Shown here one piece after another: positions 1 to 8,826 of a stretch of 25,065 nt of DNA (the first letter of the stretch is position 1; each line of letters begins with the position of its first letter). The notes under the pieces were generated by a model. It searched no databases. It had not been told where the DNA came from and saw only the letters and a program-made list of their open reading frames with translations. A program made the translations under genes and the position numbers. The stretch spans positions 1 through 25,065 of the forward strand of contig CAZFKW010000004.1 of assembly GCA_964519795.1 (NCBI GenBank). Direction: 5' to 3'. This DNA comes from an uncultured Ramlibacter sp. Its GTDB lineage: Bacteria > Pseudomonadota > Gammaproteobacteria > Burkholderiales > Burkholderiaceae_C.

Positions 1-2
1 GC

Positions 3-755
3 GAGGTGAAGCCGGAAGGCGCCGCTGGCGGCACGAGCCGGTTCGAGCTGCTCAAGGGCCTGGACGAAACCAAGGACCAGAGCTACTTCCTGCACCGCCT
101 GACGCAGGCGCAACTGTCAAAGACGCTTTTCCCGGTCGGCGAACTGCGCAAGACGGAGGTGCGCCGCATCGCAGGAGAGATTGGCCTGCCCAACGCGAAA
201 AAAAAGGACTCCACCGGCATCTGCTTTATCGGCGAGCGGCCGTTCCGCGAGTTCCTCAACCGCTACATCAGCAAGGAGCCCGGGCCGATCCGGGACGAGC
301 GTGGCCGGGTGCTCGGGCGCCATGAAGGCCTGAGCTTCTACACCCTGGGACAGCGACAGGGCCTGGGCATTGGAGGCGTGAAGGAAAAAGGGTCGCAGCG
401 CGGGGGCAGCGACCATGCGCCCTGGTTTGTGGCGCGCAAGGACATGGAGAAGAACACCCTTTGGGTCGTACAGGGGCATGACCACCCGTGGCTGCAATCC
501 CTGGCGCTGGATGCTGCCGATGCGAGCTGGGTGGCAGGTGCCGCGCCAACCGAAGGCGCCTATGCCGCCAAGACACGTTACCGGCAGGCTGACGCGGCCT
601 GCGTTCTGGCGCCGGCCGCCAACGGCGCATTCCACCTGGACTTCAGTTCACCGCAATGGGCCGTCACGCCAGGTCAATCCGCAGTGCTGTACGACGGCGA
701 GGTCTGCCTGGGCGGAGGGGTGATTTCAGGGTTGCGACAAGAGTCCAGGCCGTAG
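3..755 (+). CDS. mnmA: tRNA 2-thiouridine(34) synthase MnmA, 3' part (gene starts left of window)
   Basis: Motifs [40 protein letters not shown] and [22 protein letters not shown]. The frame is open to the left edge. Confidence 0.97.
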   Translation, partial: EVKPEGAAGGTSRFELLKGLDETKDQSYFLHRLTQAQLSKTLFPVGELRKTEVRRIAGEIGLPNAKKKDSTGICFIGERPFREFLNRYISKEPGPIRDERGRVLGRHEGLSFYTLGQRQGLGIGGVKEKGSQRGGSDHAPWFVARKDMEKNTLWVVQGHDHPWLQSLALDAADASWVAGAAPTEGAYAAKTRYRQADAACVLAPAANGAFHLDFSSPQWAVTPGQSAVLYDGEVCLGGGVISGLRQESRP

Positions 756-764
756 GCGGGCTGC

Positions 765-1160
765 CTAAATCGCGACCAGTTGCCGTTCGGGCACGCGCTG
801 CGCAAACAGGGGCAGCAGCGCATTGATGCGCTTGCGAGCCTCGACCTGGCCGCGTTCCTGGGCAACACACTGGAAGAGATCCGCGCGCAGGAGCCACAAT
901 TCAAGGCCTTCGCGGCAGCGGTAGATGGAGAGCGTCATGCGGTCACGGACAGCCACCGGACAATCATGCAGGACGGCCGCCATTTCTTTCTTGATCAGCC
1001 ATTCGGGGGCGGGCGAATCCGGCCTGACCGCTGTATCGGCGGATGTGACGCCACGGTGGCGGAACTCCTCGCGCAGGAGGCTGCTGTCGAAGGGCTGCGT
1101 CGGGGCGCCAAACCTGCAGATGTCCCGCAACCACCGGGTAAAGGATGACGGTGAAACCAT
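765..1160 (-). CDS. Hypothetical protein (131 aa)
   Basis: The ORF track starts at 1343, but ATG 1160 has a perfect AGGAGG 7 nt upstream. The C-terminal half (LWLLRADLFQCVAQERGQVEARKRINALLPLF) looks like a helical protein. No family assigned. Confidence 0.7.
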   Translation of the reverse strand: MVSPSSFTRWLRDICRFGAPTQPFDSSLLREEFRHRGVTSADTAVRPDSPAPEWLIKKEMAAVLHDCPVAVRDRMTLSIYRCREGLELWLLRADLFQCVAQERGQVEARKRINALLPLFAQRVPERQLVAI

Positions 1161-1246
1161 GACTGAACCTCCTGCGCCGGGTGAATGAATCGGCTGGGAG
1201 ACAGTTTGTGCCCCACAGGAGTCTTGTTCAATCGGCCAGATCGCCC

Positions 1247-1260
1247 CAGCCATATGGCTG
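1247..1260. promoter_or_regulatory. Perfect 14-bp palindrome CAGCCATATGGCTG in a divergent intergenic region
   Basis: Read directly from the sequence, between the hypothetical gene start (1160) and the MmgE/PrpD start (1397). Confidence 0.3.
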
Positions 1261-1396
1261 AGAGTAGTTTCCCGGACTTGCCGCCAGGCCTCGGCTGCTC
1301 CCCTGGAATCATCCCGAACAACGCAGCGTTGCCTTTTTTTCATACTTCCTGAGACGCATCGCCCCTACATTGGGTGCAGACTTACAAAGAGACAAG

Positions 1397-2758
1397 ATGC
1401 TTCTCGACGAATTCGCCGCATATTGCGCCGCAGAAGGCCTTCGTGACTTGAGCGCAGAGGTCCGCGGCCACGCCCGCCGGGCCCTGATTGACTGGGCCTC
1501 GGCCCTCTACCCCGGCACCCTTGTTGCACCGGGAACCGCCATGGTTGCCGCGCACCGCGCCGAACTGGGCGTGGGCCGTTCAAGCCTTCCCGGGTTCGGA
1601 ACGACCTGCTTCCCGGCCCTGGCCGCATGGATCAATGGGACTGTGTCGCATACCGTGGAGATGGACGACATCTTCCGCGACGCTATCTATCACCCTGGTT
1701 GCCCCACGATTGCTGCCGCCCTGGCGGTGGCCGAGGACATCGGCGCGACGGGTGACGAATTGCTGCGCGCCATCGTCATCGGCTACGAAGTCTCCACCCG
1801 TATCGGTGCGGCCGTACAACCTGCGCACTACCGGTTCTTTCACACCACCGGCACGGCCGGCGTTTTTGGCGCCGCAGCGGCTTCAGCGGCCCTGCTCGCG
1901 CCCGGCAAGGCCGATGTGGCCTTGAATGCCATGGCCACTGCGGCGTCATTTGCCTCCGGCCTGCAACAGGCCTTCCGGTCGGACGCCATGACCAAGGCCC
2001 TGCACGCCGGCCATGCCGCCCAGGTCGGCGTGCAGGCGGCGCAGGCTGCGGCGCAGGGCGTCACCGGCGCGGCCGACATCCTGGAAGGCGCAGCCGGCTT
2101 TGGCGCTGCACTGGCGGGCAGCCCCTCGTGGAGGGGTGCCACTGACGGCCTGGGGACGGACTACAACATCGGCAGGATCACCATGAAGGCGCATGCCTGC
2201 TGCGGCCATACATTTGCGGCCATTGATGCGGCGGTCGCGCTGCGCGAGACACCCGGCTTTGACATCAACCAGGTGCGCGCCATCGACGTTGAAACCTATC
2301 AGGTGGCGCTTGACGTGACCGGCAACCCCGACCCCCGCACCGCCTTCGAGGGCAAATTCAGCCTGCCGTTCGTGGTCTGCCATGCGCTGGTGCATGGCTC
2401 GGTGCGCCTTGACGCGTTTGGCCCGGAACGGCTGGCCGACCCGGCCATCCGCCAGTTGATGAAGACAGTGCACCTCGTTGCAGATCCTGCCATGACAGCA
2501 GGCTTTCCTTCGCTGCGTTCAGCCCGCATGCGCATCACCTTCGCGGACGGCAGTACGCTTGACCACCACTCCCCCTATCGCAAGGGGGACCCCGAAGCAC
2601 CGCTGTCAGACGCTGAACTGGACGCGAAATTCCGCGAGCTCGTTGCGCCCGTGCTCGGCGATCTCCGCGCCAACTCACTGCTCGCGCAGTTCCGTGAGCT
2701 CGGCGCGCAGCCCGTCTCTTCACTTGACCTTTCGGCACGCGCACAAGCCGCCTCCTGA
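1397..2758 (+). CDS. MmgE/PrpD family protein
   Basis: NGTVSHTVEMDD, YHPG, GYEV, HTTGT, KALHAG, KAHACCGH and KFSLPF motifs. Start moved to ATG 1397 (GAGA upstream). Confidence 0.92.
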   Translation: MLLDEFAAYCAAEGLRDLSAEVRGHARRALIDWASALYPGTLVAPGTAMVAAHRAELGVGRSSLPGFGTTCFPALAAWINGTVSHTVEMDDIFRDAIYHPGCPTIAAALAVAEDIGATGDELLRAIVIGYEVSTRIGAAVQPAHYRFFHTTGTAGVFGAAAASAALLAPGKADVALNAMATAASFASGLQQAFRSDAMTKALHAGHAAQVGVQAAQAAAQGVTGAADILEGAAGFGAALAGSPSWRGATDGLGTDYNIGRITMKAHACCGHTFAAIDAAVALRETPGFDINQVRAIDVETYQVALDVTGNPDPRTAFEGKFSLPFVVCHALVHGSVRLDAFGPERLADPAIRQLMKTVHLVADPAMTAGFPSLRSARMRITFADGSTLDHHSPYRKGDPEAPLSDAELDAKFRELVAPVLGDLRANSLLAQFRELGAQPVSSLDLSARAQAAS

Positions 2759-2771
2759 TACCGACCCGCAC

Positions 2772-4898
2772 ATGAAACCCGAAGCCATGCCGTCGCCGCC
2801 CCACTCGATCTCGCTGTTCGATGCCATCTTCTCGCCCCGTGCCGTGGCGCTGGTGGGTGTGTCAGGCGATGCATCCCGCAACACTGCCAGGCCCCTGCGC
2901 TTCATGCGCAAGCATCGATATGCAGGAAAGATCTACCCGGTCAACGCGACCCGCGCTGAGGTGCTTGGCGAGAAAGCCTGGCCTTCGATCGCAGCCATTG
3001 GCGAGGACCCAGGCAGCGGCACGCAAGTTGACCATGTCTTCGTGATGATTGCGGCCTCCCAGGTTGAACAGGCACTTGAGCAAAGTGCGGCGCTCGGCGC
3101 GCGCGTTGTCACCGTTTTCTCTGACGGTTTCGGCGAAGCCGGCGAAGCGGGACAGAAAAAGCAGGACGCCCTGGTAGCCAGGGCGCGCGCGCTGGGTTTG
3201 CGGCTGATCGGCCCCAACAGCATCGGCACCGTCAACACCCACAATGGCGCACTCATCTCGGTGAACGCGGTATTCGAGATGGAGCACCTGCCCCCCGGCC
3301 CCATCAGCATGGTCTCGCAAAGCGGCTCCATGCTGGGGTCGCTCCTCTCGCGCGGTGCGGTACGGGGATTCGGCTTCGGCAAGCTGCTGTCTGTGGGCAA
3401 TGAGAGTGACGTGACGGTCGGCGAGATTGTCGACGGGCTGGTGGACGACCCCCAGACCAAAGTCATCACACTCTTTCTCGAAACCCTGCGCGATGCGCCC
3501 GTGCTGGGCCAGGCACTGGACCGCGCGCGGCTGGCGGGCAAGCCGGTCATCGCCTACAAGCTCGGCCGCTCGGAGATGGGCAGTGCACTGGCGCAGTCGC
3601 ATACCGGTGCGCTTGCAGGTAACGACGCGGCCGTCGATGCCTTCTTCCGCGCGCATGGCGTGCTTCGTGTGGAAATGCTGGAGTCATTGTTCGAGATGAC
3701 GCCACTGGCAACGCGTTATGTCAGGGTGCCATGCATTACCGGCCGCAAAGCCCGGCTGGCCGTGATAACCACCACGGGTGGTGGCGCGGCTGCGGTGGTG
3801 GACCGTCTGGGCCTGCGCGACATTGATGCCATTGCGCCACCTGCCGCGTTCGTCGAGCACATGCTTGCGCGGGGCCTGAAGATACGCTCGCAGCCAGTGG
3901 TGGACCTTACACTGGCCGCCACCAGCGCGCAGTACCGCGACCTGGTGGAGCAGATGTTGCAAAGCGACTGGTGCGACGGTGTGTTGAGCGTCGTGGGCTC
4001 ATCAGCGCAATTCCATCCGGGCCTGGCTGTGAAGCCCCTGCTGCAGGCAGACAAGCCGGCGGACAAGCCCCTGGCGGTGTTCCTCGCGCCTGACGCTCAG
4101 CAGTCGCTGAAGCTCCTGCAGGAAGCCGGCATCGCCGCCTTCAGGACTCCTGAGGGCTGCGCGGATGCGTTGTCAGCCTTTTTCTCGCGCCGTCCTCAGC
4201 AAGTCAGCGTTCCGCTGGCAGCACCGGTGTGGCCCGACGGCGTGCCACGGCACGGCGCACTGAATGAAATGGAAGCTTCTGGCGTCTTCTCGGCGCTGAA
4301 AATCCGGATGGCCGAGACGCGCCTGCTCAATGTCAACCGTCTGGAGCACGGCCTGTCCTACCCGGTGGTGTTGAAAGTCTGCTCCCGGGACATCGCACAC
4401 AAGACCGAGGTCGGCGGCGTTACCGTGGGCATTCGCGATGAAGCGTCGCTTCGCGCACGCGCGCAGGAGATGCGCGAGCGCGTCGCGCTGAACGCACCTG
4501 ACGCCGAAGTGGACGGGTACCTTGTGCAGCGCATGGAAAAGGGCCTGCTGGAGCTGATGCTGGGCTTTCGCCATGATCCGCTGGTCGGCCCCATCGTGGT
4601 GCTCGGCGCGGGCGGCATCACCGCCGAGATCACGCCGGACGTTTCGGTGTCAATGGCGCCTGTCAGCCGCGAACGCGCTGTCGAGATGATCAGCGAGGTA
4701 CGTGCCACGCGACTGGTCCGGGGATTCCGCGGCTTGCCCCTGGGCGACTGCGACGCGCTGGCAGATGCCATCGTGGCCTTCTCGATGCTTGCGCTGCACA
4801 AGGCCCCCGCCATTGCCGAAGCGGAGATCAACCCGCTCTTCGTCAAGCCCGAAGGCGAGGGCGTGGTGGGCGTTGACGGCCTGATCGTCCTGCGCTGA
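2772..4898 (+). CDS. Acetate-CoA ligase family (NDP-forming acyl-CoA synthetase; fused CoA-binding, ligase and ATP-grasp domains)
   Basis: PRAVALVGVS, YPVN, IGPNSIG, SQSG, SVGNESDV, SHTGALAG, YPVVLKV..DIAHKTEVGGV and EINPL. Start ATG 2772 (alternative 2787), just after the upstream stop. Confidence 0.92.
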   Translation: MKPEAMPSPPHSISLFDAIFSPRAVALVGVSGDASRNTARPLRFMRKHRYAGKIYPVNATRAEVLGEKAWPSIAAIGEDPGSGTQVDHVFVMIAASQVEQALEQSAALGARVVTVFSDGFGEAGEAGQKKQDALVARARALGLRLIGPNSIGTVNTHNGALISVNAVFEMEHLPPGPISMVSQSGSMLGSLLSRGAVRGFGFGKLLSVGNESDVTVGEIVDGLVDDPQTKVITLFLETLRDAPVLGQALDRARLAGKPVIAYKLGRSEMGSALAQSHTGALAGNDAAVDAFFRAHGVLRVEMLESLFEMTPLATRYVRVPCITGRKARLAVITTTGGGAAAVVDRLGLRDIDAIAPPAAFVEHMLARGLKIRSQPVVDLTLAATSAQYRDLVEQMLQSDWCDGVLSVVGSSAQFHPGLAVKPLLQADKPADKPLAVFLAPDAQQSLKLLQEAGIAAFRTPEGCADALSAFFSRRPQQVSVPLAAPVWPDGVPRHGALNEMEASGVFSALKIRMAETRLLNVNRLEHGLSYPVVLKVCSRDIAHKTEVGGVTVGIRDEASLRARAQEMRERVALNAPDAEVDGYLVQRMEKGLLELMLGFRHDPLVGPIVVLGAGGITAEITPDVSVSMAPVSRERAVEMISEVRATRLVRGFRGLPLGDCDALADAIVAFSMLALHKAPAIAEAEINPLFVKPEGEGVVGVDGLIVLR

Positions 4899-4930
4899 CC
4901 CCTTTGAACAACCATCCCTGCACAGAACAC

Positions 4931-6079
4931 ATGAATTTCAATCTTTCTCCCGAACAGGCCGAATTCCAGACCGCAGTGCGGCGCTTTGCCGAAAAGCACC
5001 TCAAGGCAGGCGCGCTGGCGCGCGCCCACTCCGATGACTACCCGCGCGACGTGGCGCAGTTGATGGCGGCGCAGGGCCTGCTGGGCATCACCATTGCCGA
5101 GGCCGACGGCGGCCAGGGCGGCAGCCTGATGGATGCCGTCATCGCGATCGAGACCATCGCCTCCGTCTGTCCGCGCAGTGCGGATGTGGTGCAGGCCGGC
5201 AACTTTGGCGCCATTCGCGTACTGGCCGAATACGGCAGCGCGCACCAGAAGGAAAATTACCTCAGGCCCCTGCTTGCCGGGAAGACGCTGATTGCCGTCG
5301 GCATGACCGAGCCGGGCGCAGGTTCCGCCGTCACCGAGCTTGTCACCGCAGCCACGCCCGATGGCGACGGATTCCGCATCAATGGCAGCAAGATATTCAC
5401 CACCCATGGCCCGCACGCCGACGTGTTCCTGACCTATGTGCGCTTCGGCCCCGGCGTCAGGGGCATTGGCTCGGTGCTCATCGAGACCGCCATGGAAGGC
5501 GTCACGCTGGGCAAACGCTCGCGCTTCACCTCGGGGGAGGAATGGGTGGAAATCTTCTTCAACAACGTGTTCGTGCCGAAAGAGATGGTCGTGCTGGGCG
5601 AAGGCGGTTTCAAGAAGCAGATCGCAGGCTTCAACGTCGAGCGGCTGGGCAACACCGCCCGCTCGCTTGCGCTGGGTCGCTATGCGTATGAAGAGGCGCG
5701 CCAGTGGGCGCTCCAGCGCAGGCAGTTCGGGCGCCTGCTGTGCGAATTCCAGGGCCTGCAATGGAAGTTTGCCGACATGCGCATCAAGCTGGACGCGGCG
5801 CAGTTGCTGCTGTACCGCGCAGCCACCAACGCCGACACCGGCTTTCCATCGCCCACGGAGACGGCCATTGCCAAGGCCTATTGCAACCAGACCGGCTTTG
5901 ATGTGGCCAACGATGCCATGCAGGTGCTCGGCGGCATGGGATACAGCCAGGAGTCGCTGGTGGAGTACTGCATGCGCCGCTGCCGCGGCTGGATGATTGC
6001 CGGCGGCTCCATCGAGATCCTGAAGAACCGGATCGCCGAAGCGGTGTTTGAACGGACTTTTTCACAGCGGCCGGACTGA
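4931..6079 (+). CDS. Acyl-CoA dehydrogenase family protein
   Basis: MTEPGAGS, NGSKIFTT, RRQFG, FQGLQWKFADM, QVLGGMGY. Start ATG 4931. Confidence 0.95.
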   Translation: MNFNLSPEQAEFQTAVRRFAEKHLKAGALARAHSDDYPRDVAQLMAAQGLLGITIAEADGGQGGSLMDAVIAIETIASVCPRSADVVQAGNFGAIRVLAEYGSAHQKENYLRPLLAGKTLIAVGMTEPGAGSAVTELVTAATPDGDGFRINGSKIFTTHGPHADVFLTYVRFGPGVRGIGSVLIETAMEGVTLGKRSRFTSGEEWVEIFFNNVFVPKEMVVLGEGGFKKQIAGFNVERLGNTARSLALGRYAYEEARQWALQRRQFGRLLCEFQGLQWKFADMRIKLDAAQLLLYRAATNADTGFPSPTETAIAKAYCNQTGFDVANDAMQVLGGMGYSQESLVEYCMRRCRGWMIAGGSIEILKNRIAEAVFERTFSQRPD

Positions 6080-6133
6080 ACCGCCCGGACTGCCATGCAG
6101 CCTGCCCACTGACACAACTGCCGGAGACAAATC

Positions 6134-6616
6134 ATGAACGCCAACACAACCGCGTCAAACGAATCCACACTGTCGTCCCGCCTGCTGGGCACACTCACCC
6201 TTGACATGGGACGGGCGCACGACCTGGGCGTCACACCCAGCGGCTGGCGCCGCATGCGTGAACTGCCCAGCGGCACGCTGGTCGGCCCCCGCATCAACGC
6301 CAGGGTGCTGACTGGCCTTGACGCCTTCCTGCGCAAGAGCGACGACAGCATGCACAGTGACGTGCGCCTGGCGATTGAGACCGATGATGGCGCGCTGATC
6401 TACCTGGCCTACCGCGGCGTGCGCTACGGCAGCCCCGAGGTCATGAAGAGGATCGAGGCCAACCAGCCCGTGAGCGACGACGAGTACTACCTGCGGAATG
6501 TGCCGACATTCGAGACCGCCAGCCCGCAGTACGAGTGGCTGAACCGCGTGATTGCCGTCGGCGTGGGGCGGCGCATGCCCAATGCGGTTGCCTACACCTT
6601 TCACGAGATCCTGTAG
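6134..6616 (+). CDS. DUF3237 domain protein
   Basis: DVRLAIETDDGALIYLAYRG and FETASPQYEWLNRVIAVGVG are typical of DUF3237. GGAGA RBS upstream. Confidence 0.88.
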   Translation: MNANTTASNESTLSSRLLGTLTLDMGRAHDLGVTPSGWRRMRELPSGTLVGPRINARVLTGLDAFLRKSDDSMHSDVRLAIETDDGALIYLAYRGVRYGSPEVMKRIEANQPVSDDEYYLRNVPTFETASPQYEWLNRVIAVGVGRRMPNAVAYTFHEIL

Positions 6617-6693
6617 GACGCCAGGGCAGGCGCGCCGGCATTTGCTTCGGCGACTTCAGCTGGCGCAACGGGGTTCGCAGGGCGACGAGGGCC

Positions 6694-7803
6694 TCAGGCG
6701 CTCTTGATGATGGTGTCCTGCGATGGAAGGCCTGCGCTCGTCTCGCCCCGGATGTACTGGTGCGGCACTGTCACCTTCGCGCCCAGCGTCTCTGCGGCAT
6801 GCCAGGCCCAGCGGGGATCGTTGAGGAAGCCGCGGCCGAGCGCGACAAGGTCGGCATCGCCACGCTCGACGATGGCCTGCGCATGCGCCGGATCACGGAT
6901 CAGGCCCACGCACATCGTTGCGACATCGGCCTCGCGCCGGACCTGCGCCGCATAGGGCACCTGGTAGCCGGGGCCAAGCGGTATCTCGGCGCGGGCGCTG
7001 CCGCCGGACGACAGGTCCATATAGTCGATGCCGCGTGCCTTCAGTTCGCGCGCAAACGCGACAGCATCATCGCCGGTGAGGCCGCCTTCGAGCCAGTCGG
7101 TGCCATTGAAGCGCACGCCCATCGGCTTGTGGGCGGGCCATGCGGCGCGCACGGCCTCGATCACCTCCAGCGGGTAGCGCATGCGGCCCTCGCGGTTGCC
7201 GCCGTACTCGTCGGTGCGCGCATTGCCAAGCGGTGACAGGAAGGAGCTGAGCAGATAGCCATGGGCGGCGTGGATTTCAAGCAGGTCAAGGCCCAGCCGG
7301 TCGGCGCGCCGCGTAGCCTTGACGAACGCATCCCGCACACGCTCGAGGCCGGCGCGGTCCAGGGCCTGAGGGGCTTCCCAGCCCGGGCCGAACGCGATGT
7401 CCGTGGGGCCGAAGGTCTTCCAGCCGCCTTCGGCCAATGGCAGGTTGCCGCGGCCGGCGCCGGGCGCGCGCACTGATGCCTTGCGCCCCGCATGGCCGAG
7501 CTGGATGCCGATCGGCATGCTCGCAAACGGCCGGACGAATGCGAGCACGCGTGCCAGCGCGGCTTCGTTTTCATCGGACCACAGGCCCAGGCATTCGGCC
7601 GTGATGCGGCCCTCGGGCTCGACGCCTGTAGCCTCGATCACCAGCAAGCCGGCGCCCGATACAGCGTACTGGCCCAGGTGGATCACGTGCCAGTCGGTGG
7701 CATTGCCGTTTACGGCGCTGTACTGGCACATGGGAGACACCACGATGCGGTTGGGCAGCGTGAGATCGCGCAATTTGAAGGTCTGGAACAGGGCGCTCGG
7801 CAT
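6694..7803 (-). CDS. NADH:flavin oxidoreductase, Old Yellow Enzyme family (YqjM/NamA-like)
   Basis: NRIVVSPMCQYSA, QLGHAGRKAS, EIHAAHGYLLSSFLSP, NARTDEYGG and ALGRGFLNDPRW. Start moved to ATG 7803. Confidence 0.95.
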   Translation of the reverse strand: MPSALFQTFKLRDLTLPNRIVVSPMCQYSAVNGNATDWHVIHLGQYAVSGAGLLVIEATGVEPEGRITAECLGLWSDENEAALARVLAFVRPFASMPIGIQLGHAGRKASVRAPGAGRGNLPLAEGGWKTFGPTDIAFGPGWEAPQALDRAGLERVRDAFVKATRRADRLGLDLLEIHAAHGYLLSSFLSPLGNARTDEYGGNREGRMRYPLEVIEAVRAAWPAHKPMGVRFNGTDWLEGGLTGDDAVAFARELKARGIDYMDLSSGGSARAEIPLGPGYQVPYAAQVRREADVATMCVGLIRDPAHAQAIVERGDADLVALGRGFLNDPRWAWHAAETLGAKVTVPHQYIRGETSAGLPSQDTIIKSA

Positions 7804-7935
7804 CGGTACTTCCATGAAAAAAAACGGGCTCACCGCATTGTCCGGGCAGCTGTGCACCATGCCATCCAATTGAGGTGGCCGGTGATGAAAAGCATCTTTG
7901 CAGCTCGCGCAACGACACATCCCCGTGCGGGCGGT

Positions 7936-8826
7936 ATGCTGTGCGGACAGGAGACATGCCTTGACTCATTCCATACCCCAAACCGCCGCGCCAATGCGCA
8001 GAGCAGCACGCCCATCACAAGGTACCCTGCGTACAACGCTGCGATTGTTGCCCACGCCGCCCGGGTGCTCGGGCCGGGTGTTGAAGTCGTGGTACGCGGC
8101 ACCTTGCGCCCGACCTTCGGCAAGTACACACGCGCCGCATTCTTCCTCAAGAGCAGCGACATGATGGACTCCATCGTCGCCGCGGCTGATGAAGGGTTTG
8201 ACGGCGTGGGGATTGGCTGCTTCCTCGACCCGATCCTGCATGAACTGCGCGAGATCCTGGATATCCCGGTCATGGGCCTGGCCGAAGCCGGCATGCATAT
8301 GGCCTGCATGCTCGGCCAGCGCTTTGCCATCCTGTCGCACTCCGAGGCGCTCAACGTCAAGGTCTATGACAGCCTGGCCGACAAGTACGGCCTTCGCGCC
8401 CGCATGAGCGGGATGCTTGCGGTGGACCTTCCCATGGACGCCCTCGAAACGGCCATTACCGGAGACCCGGCGCCAGCCATTGCCCTGATAACCGACGCAG
8501 CGAAGCGGCTCGTGGACCAGGGGGCCGAAGTGATCGTGCCGGGCTGCGGGCTGCTCAACCTCCTGTGTGTCCAGCAAGGCCTCAGCCAGGTCGCCGGCGC
8601 CACTGTGCTTGACGTGACCGGCGCACTGCTCAAGACAACCGAGACAATGATCACGCTGCGGCGGGTATCTGGCACCGGCGTGAGCCGCACCGGCTACTAT
8701 GCGCGCCCGGCCGAGGCTGATGTGCGCAAGACGCTCGCTTCGTTCGGCCGCGGCAAGGTGGGGGGAACCGAGGCCGCCCCGGCGTCCCGTGCTGCATCCA
8801 CGCCCGGACCAAAGGCGATGGCATGA
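7936..8826 (+). CDS. Asp/Glu/hydantoin racemase family protein (5' end uncertain, possibly damaged)
   Basis: Two-Cys motifs GIGCFLDP and VPGCGLL, plus LREILDIPVMGLAE. Recognisable family sequence begins at about 7999 (QSSTPI). In-frame ATGs only at 7885 and 7936, both without a good RBS. Confidence 0.8.
   Translation: MLCGQETCLDSFHTPNRRANAQSSTPITRYPAYNAAIVAHAARVLGPGVEVVVRGTLRPTFGKYTRAAFFLKSSDMMDSIVAAADEGFDGVGIGCFLDPILHELREILDIPVMGLAEAGMHMACMLGQRFAILSHSEALNVKVYDSLADKYGLRARMSGMLAVDLPMDALETAITGDPAPAIALITDAAKRLVDQGAEVIVPGCGLLNLLCVQQGLSQVAGATVLDVTGALLKTTETMITLRRVSGTGVSRTGYYARPAEADVRKTLASFGRGKVGGTEAAPASRAASTPGPKAMA

Noticed and set aside
198-205. A8 homopolymer in mnmA as a slippage or phase-variation site
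   Set aside because: It encodes part of the conserved AKKKDS motif and the frame is intact.
2772-4898. Pat/YfiQ protein lysine acetyltransferase
   Set aside because: No GNAT domain, and the phospho-His motif is intact.
4358-5761. 467-aa antisense ORF, and similar long ORFs such as 8697-10061 (-), 13759-15237 (+), 14064-15590 (+) and 16363-17277 (+)
   Set aside because: They lie opposite well-supported genes and have no recognisable motifs. They are expected shadow ORFs in high-GC DNA.
4931-6079. Non-redox ACAD homolog such as 3-sulfinopropionyl-CoA desulfinase
   Set aside because: A Glu is present at the IVD-type catalytic position, which favours an ordinary dehydrogenase. Not excluded without phylogeny.
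6071-6092. Short direct repeat CCGGACTG x2 at the ACAD 3' end
   Set aside because: An 8-bp GC-rich repeat is within chance expectation.
7817-7836. U8 tract on the minus strand just upstream of the OYE start as an attenuator
   Set aside because: The preceding stem is only about 4 bp. More likely an unstructured translation-enhancing stretch.
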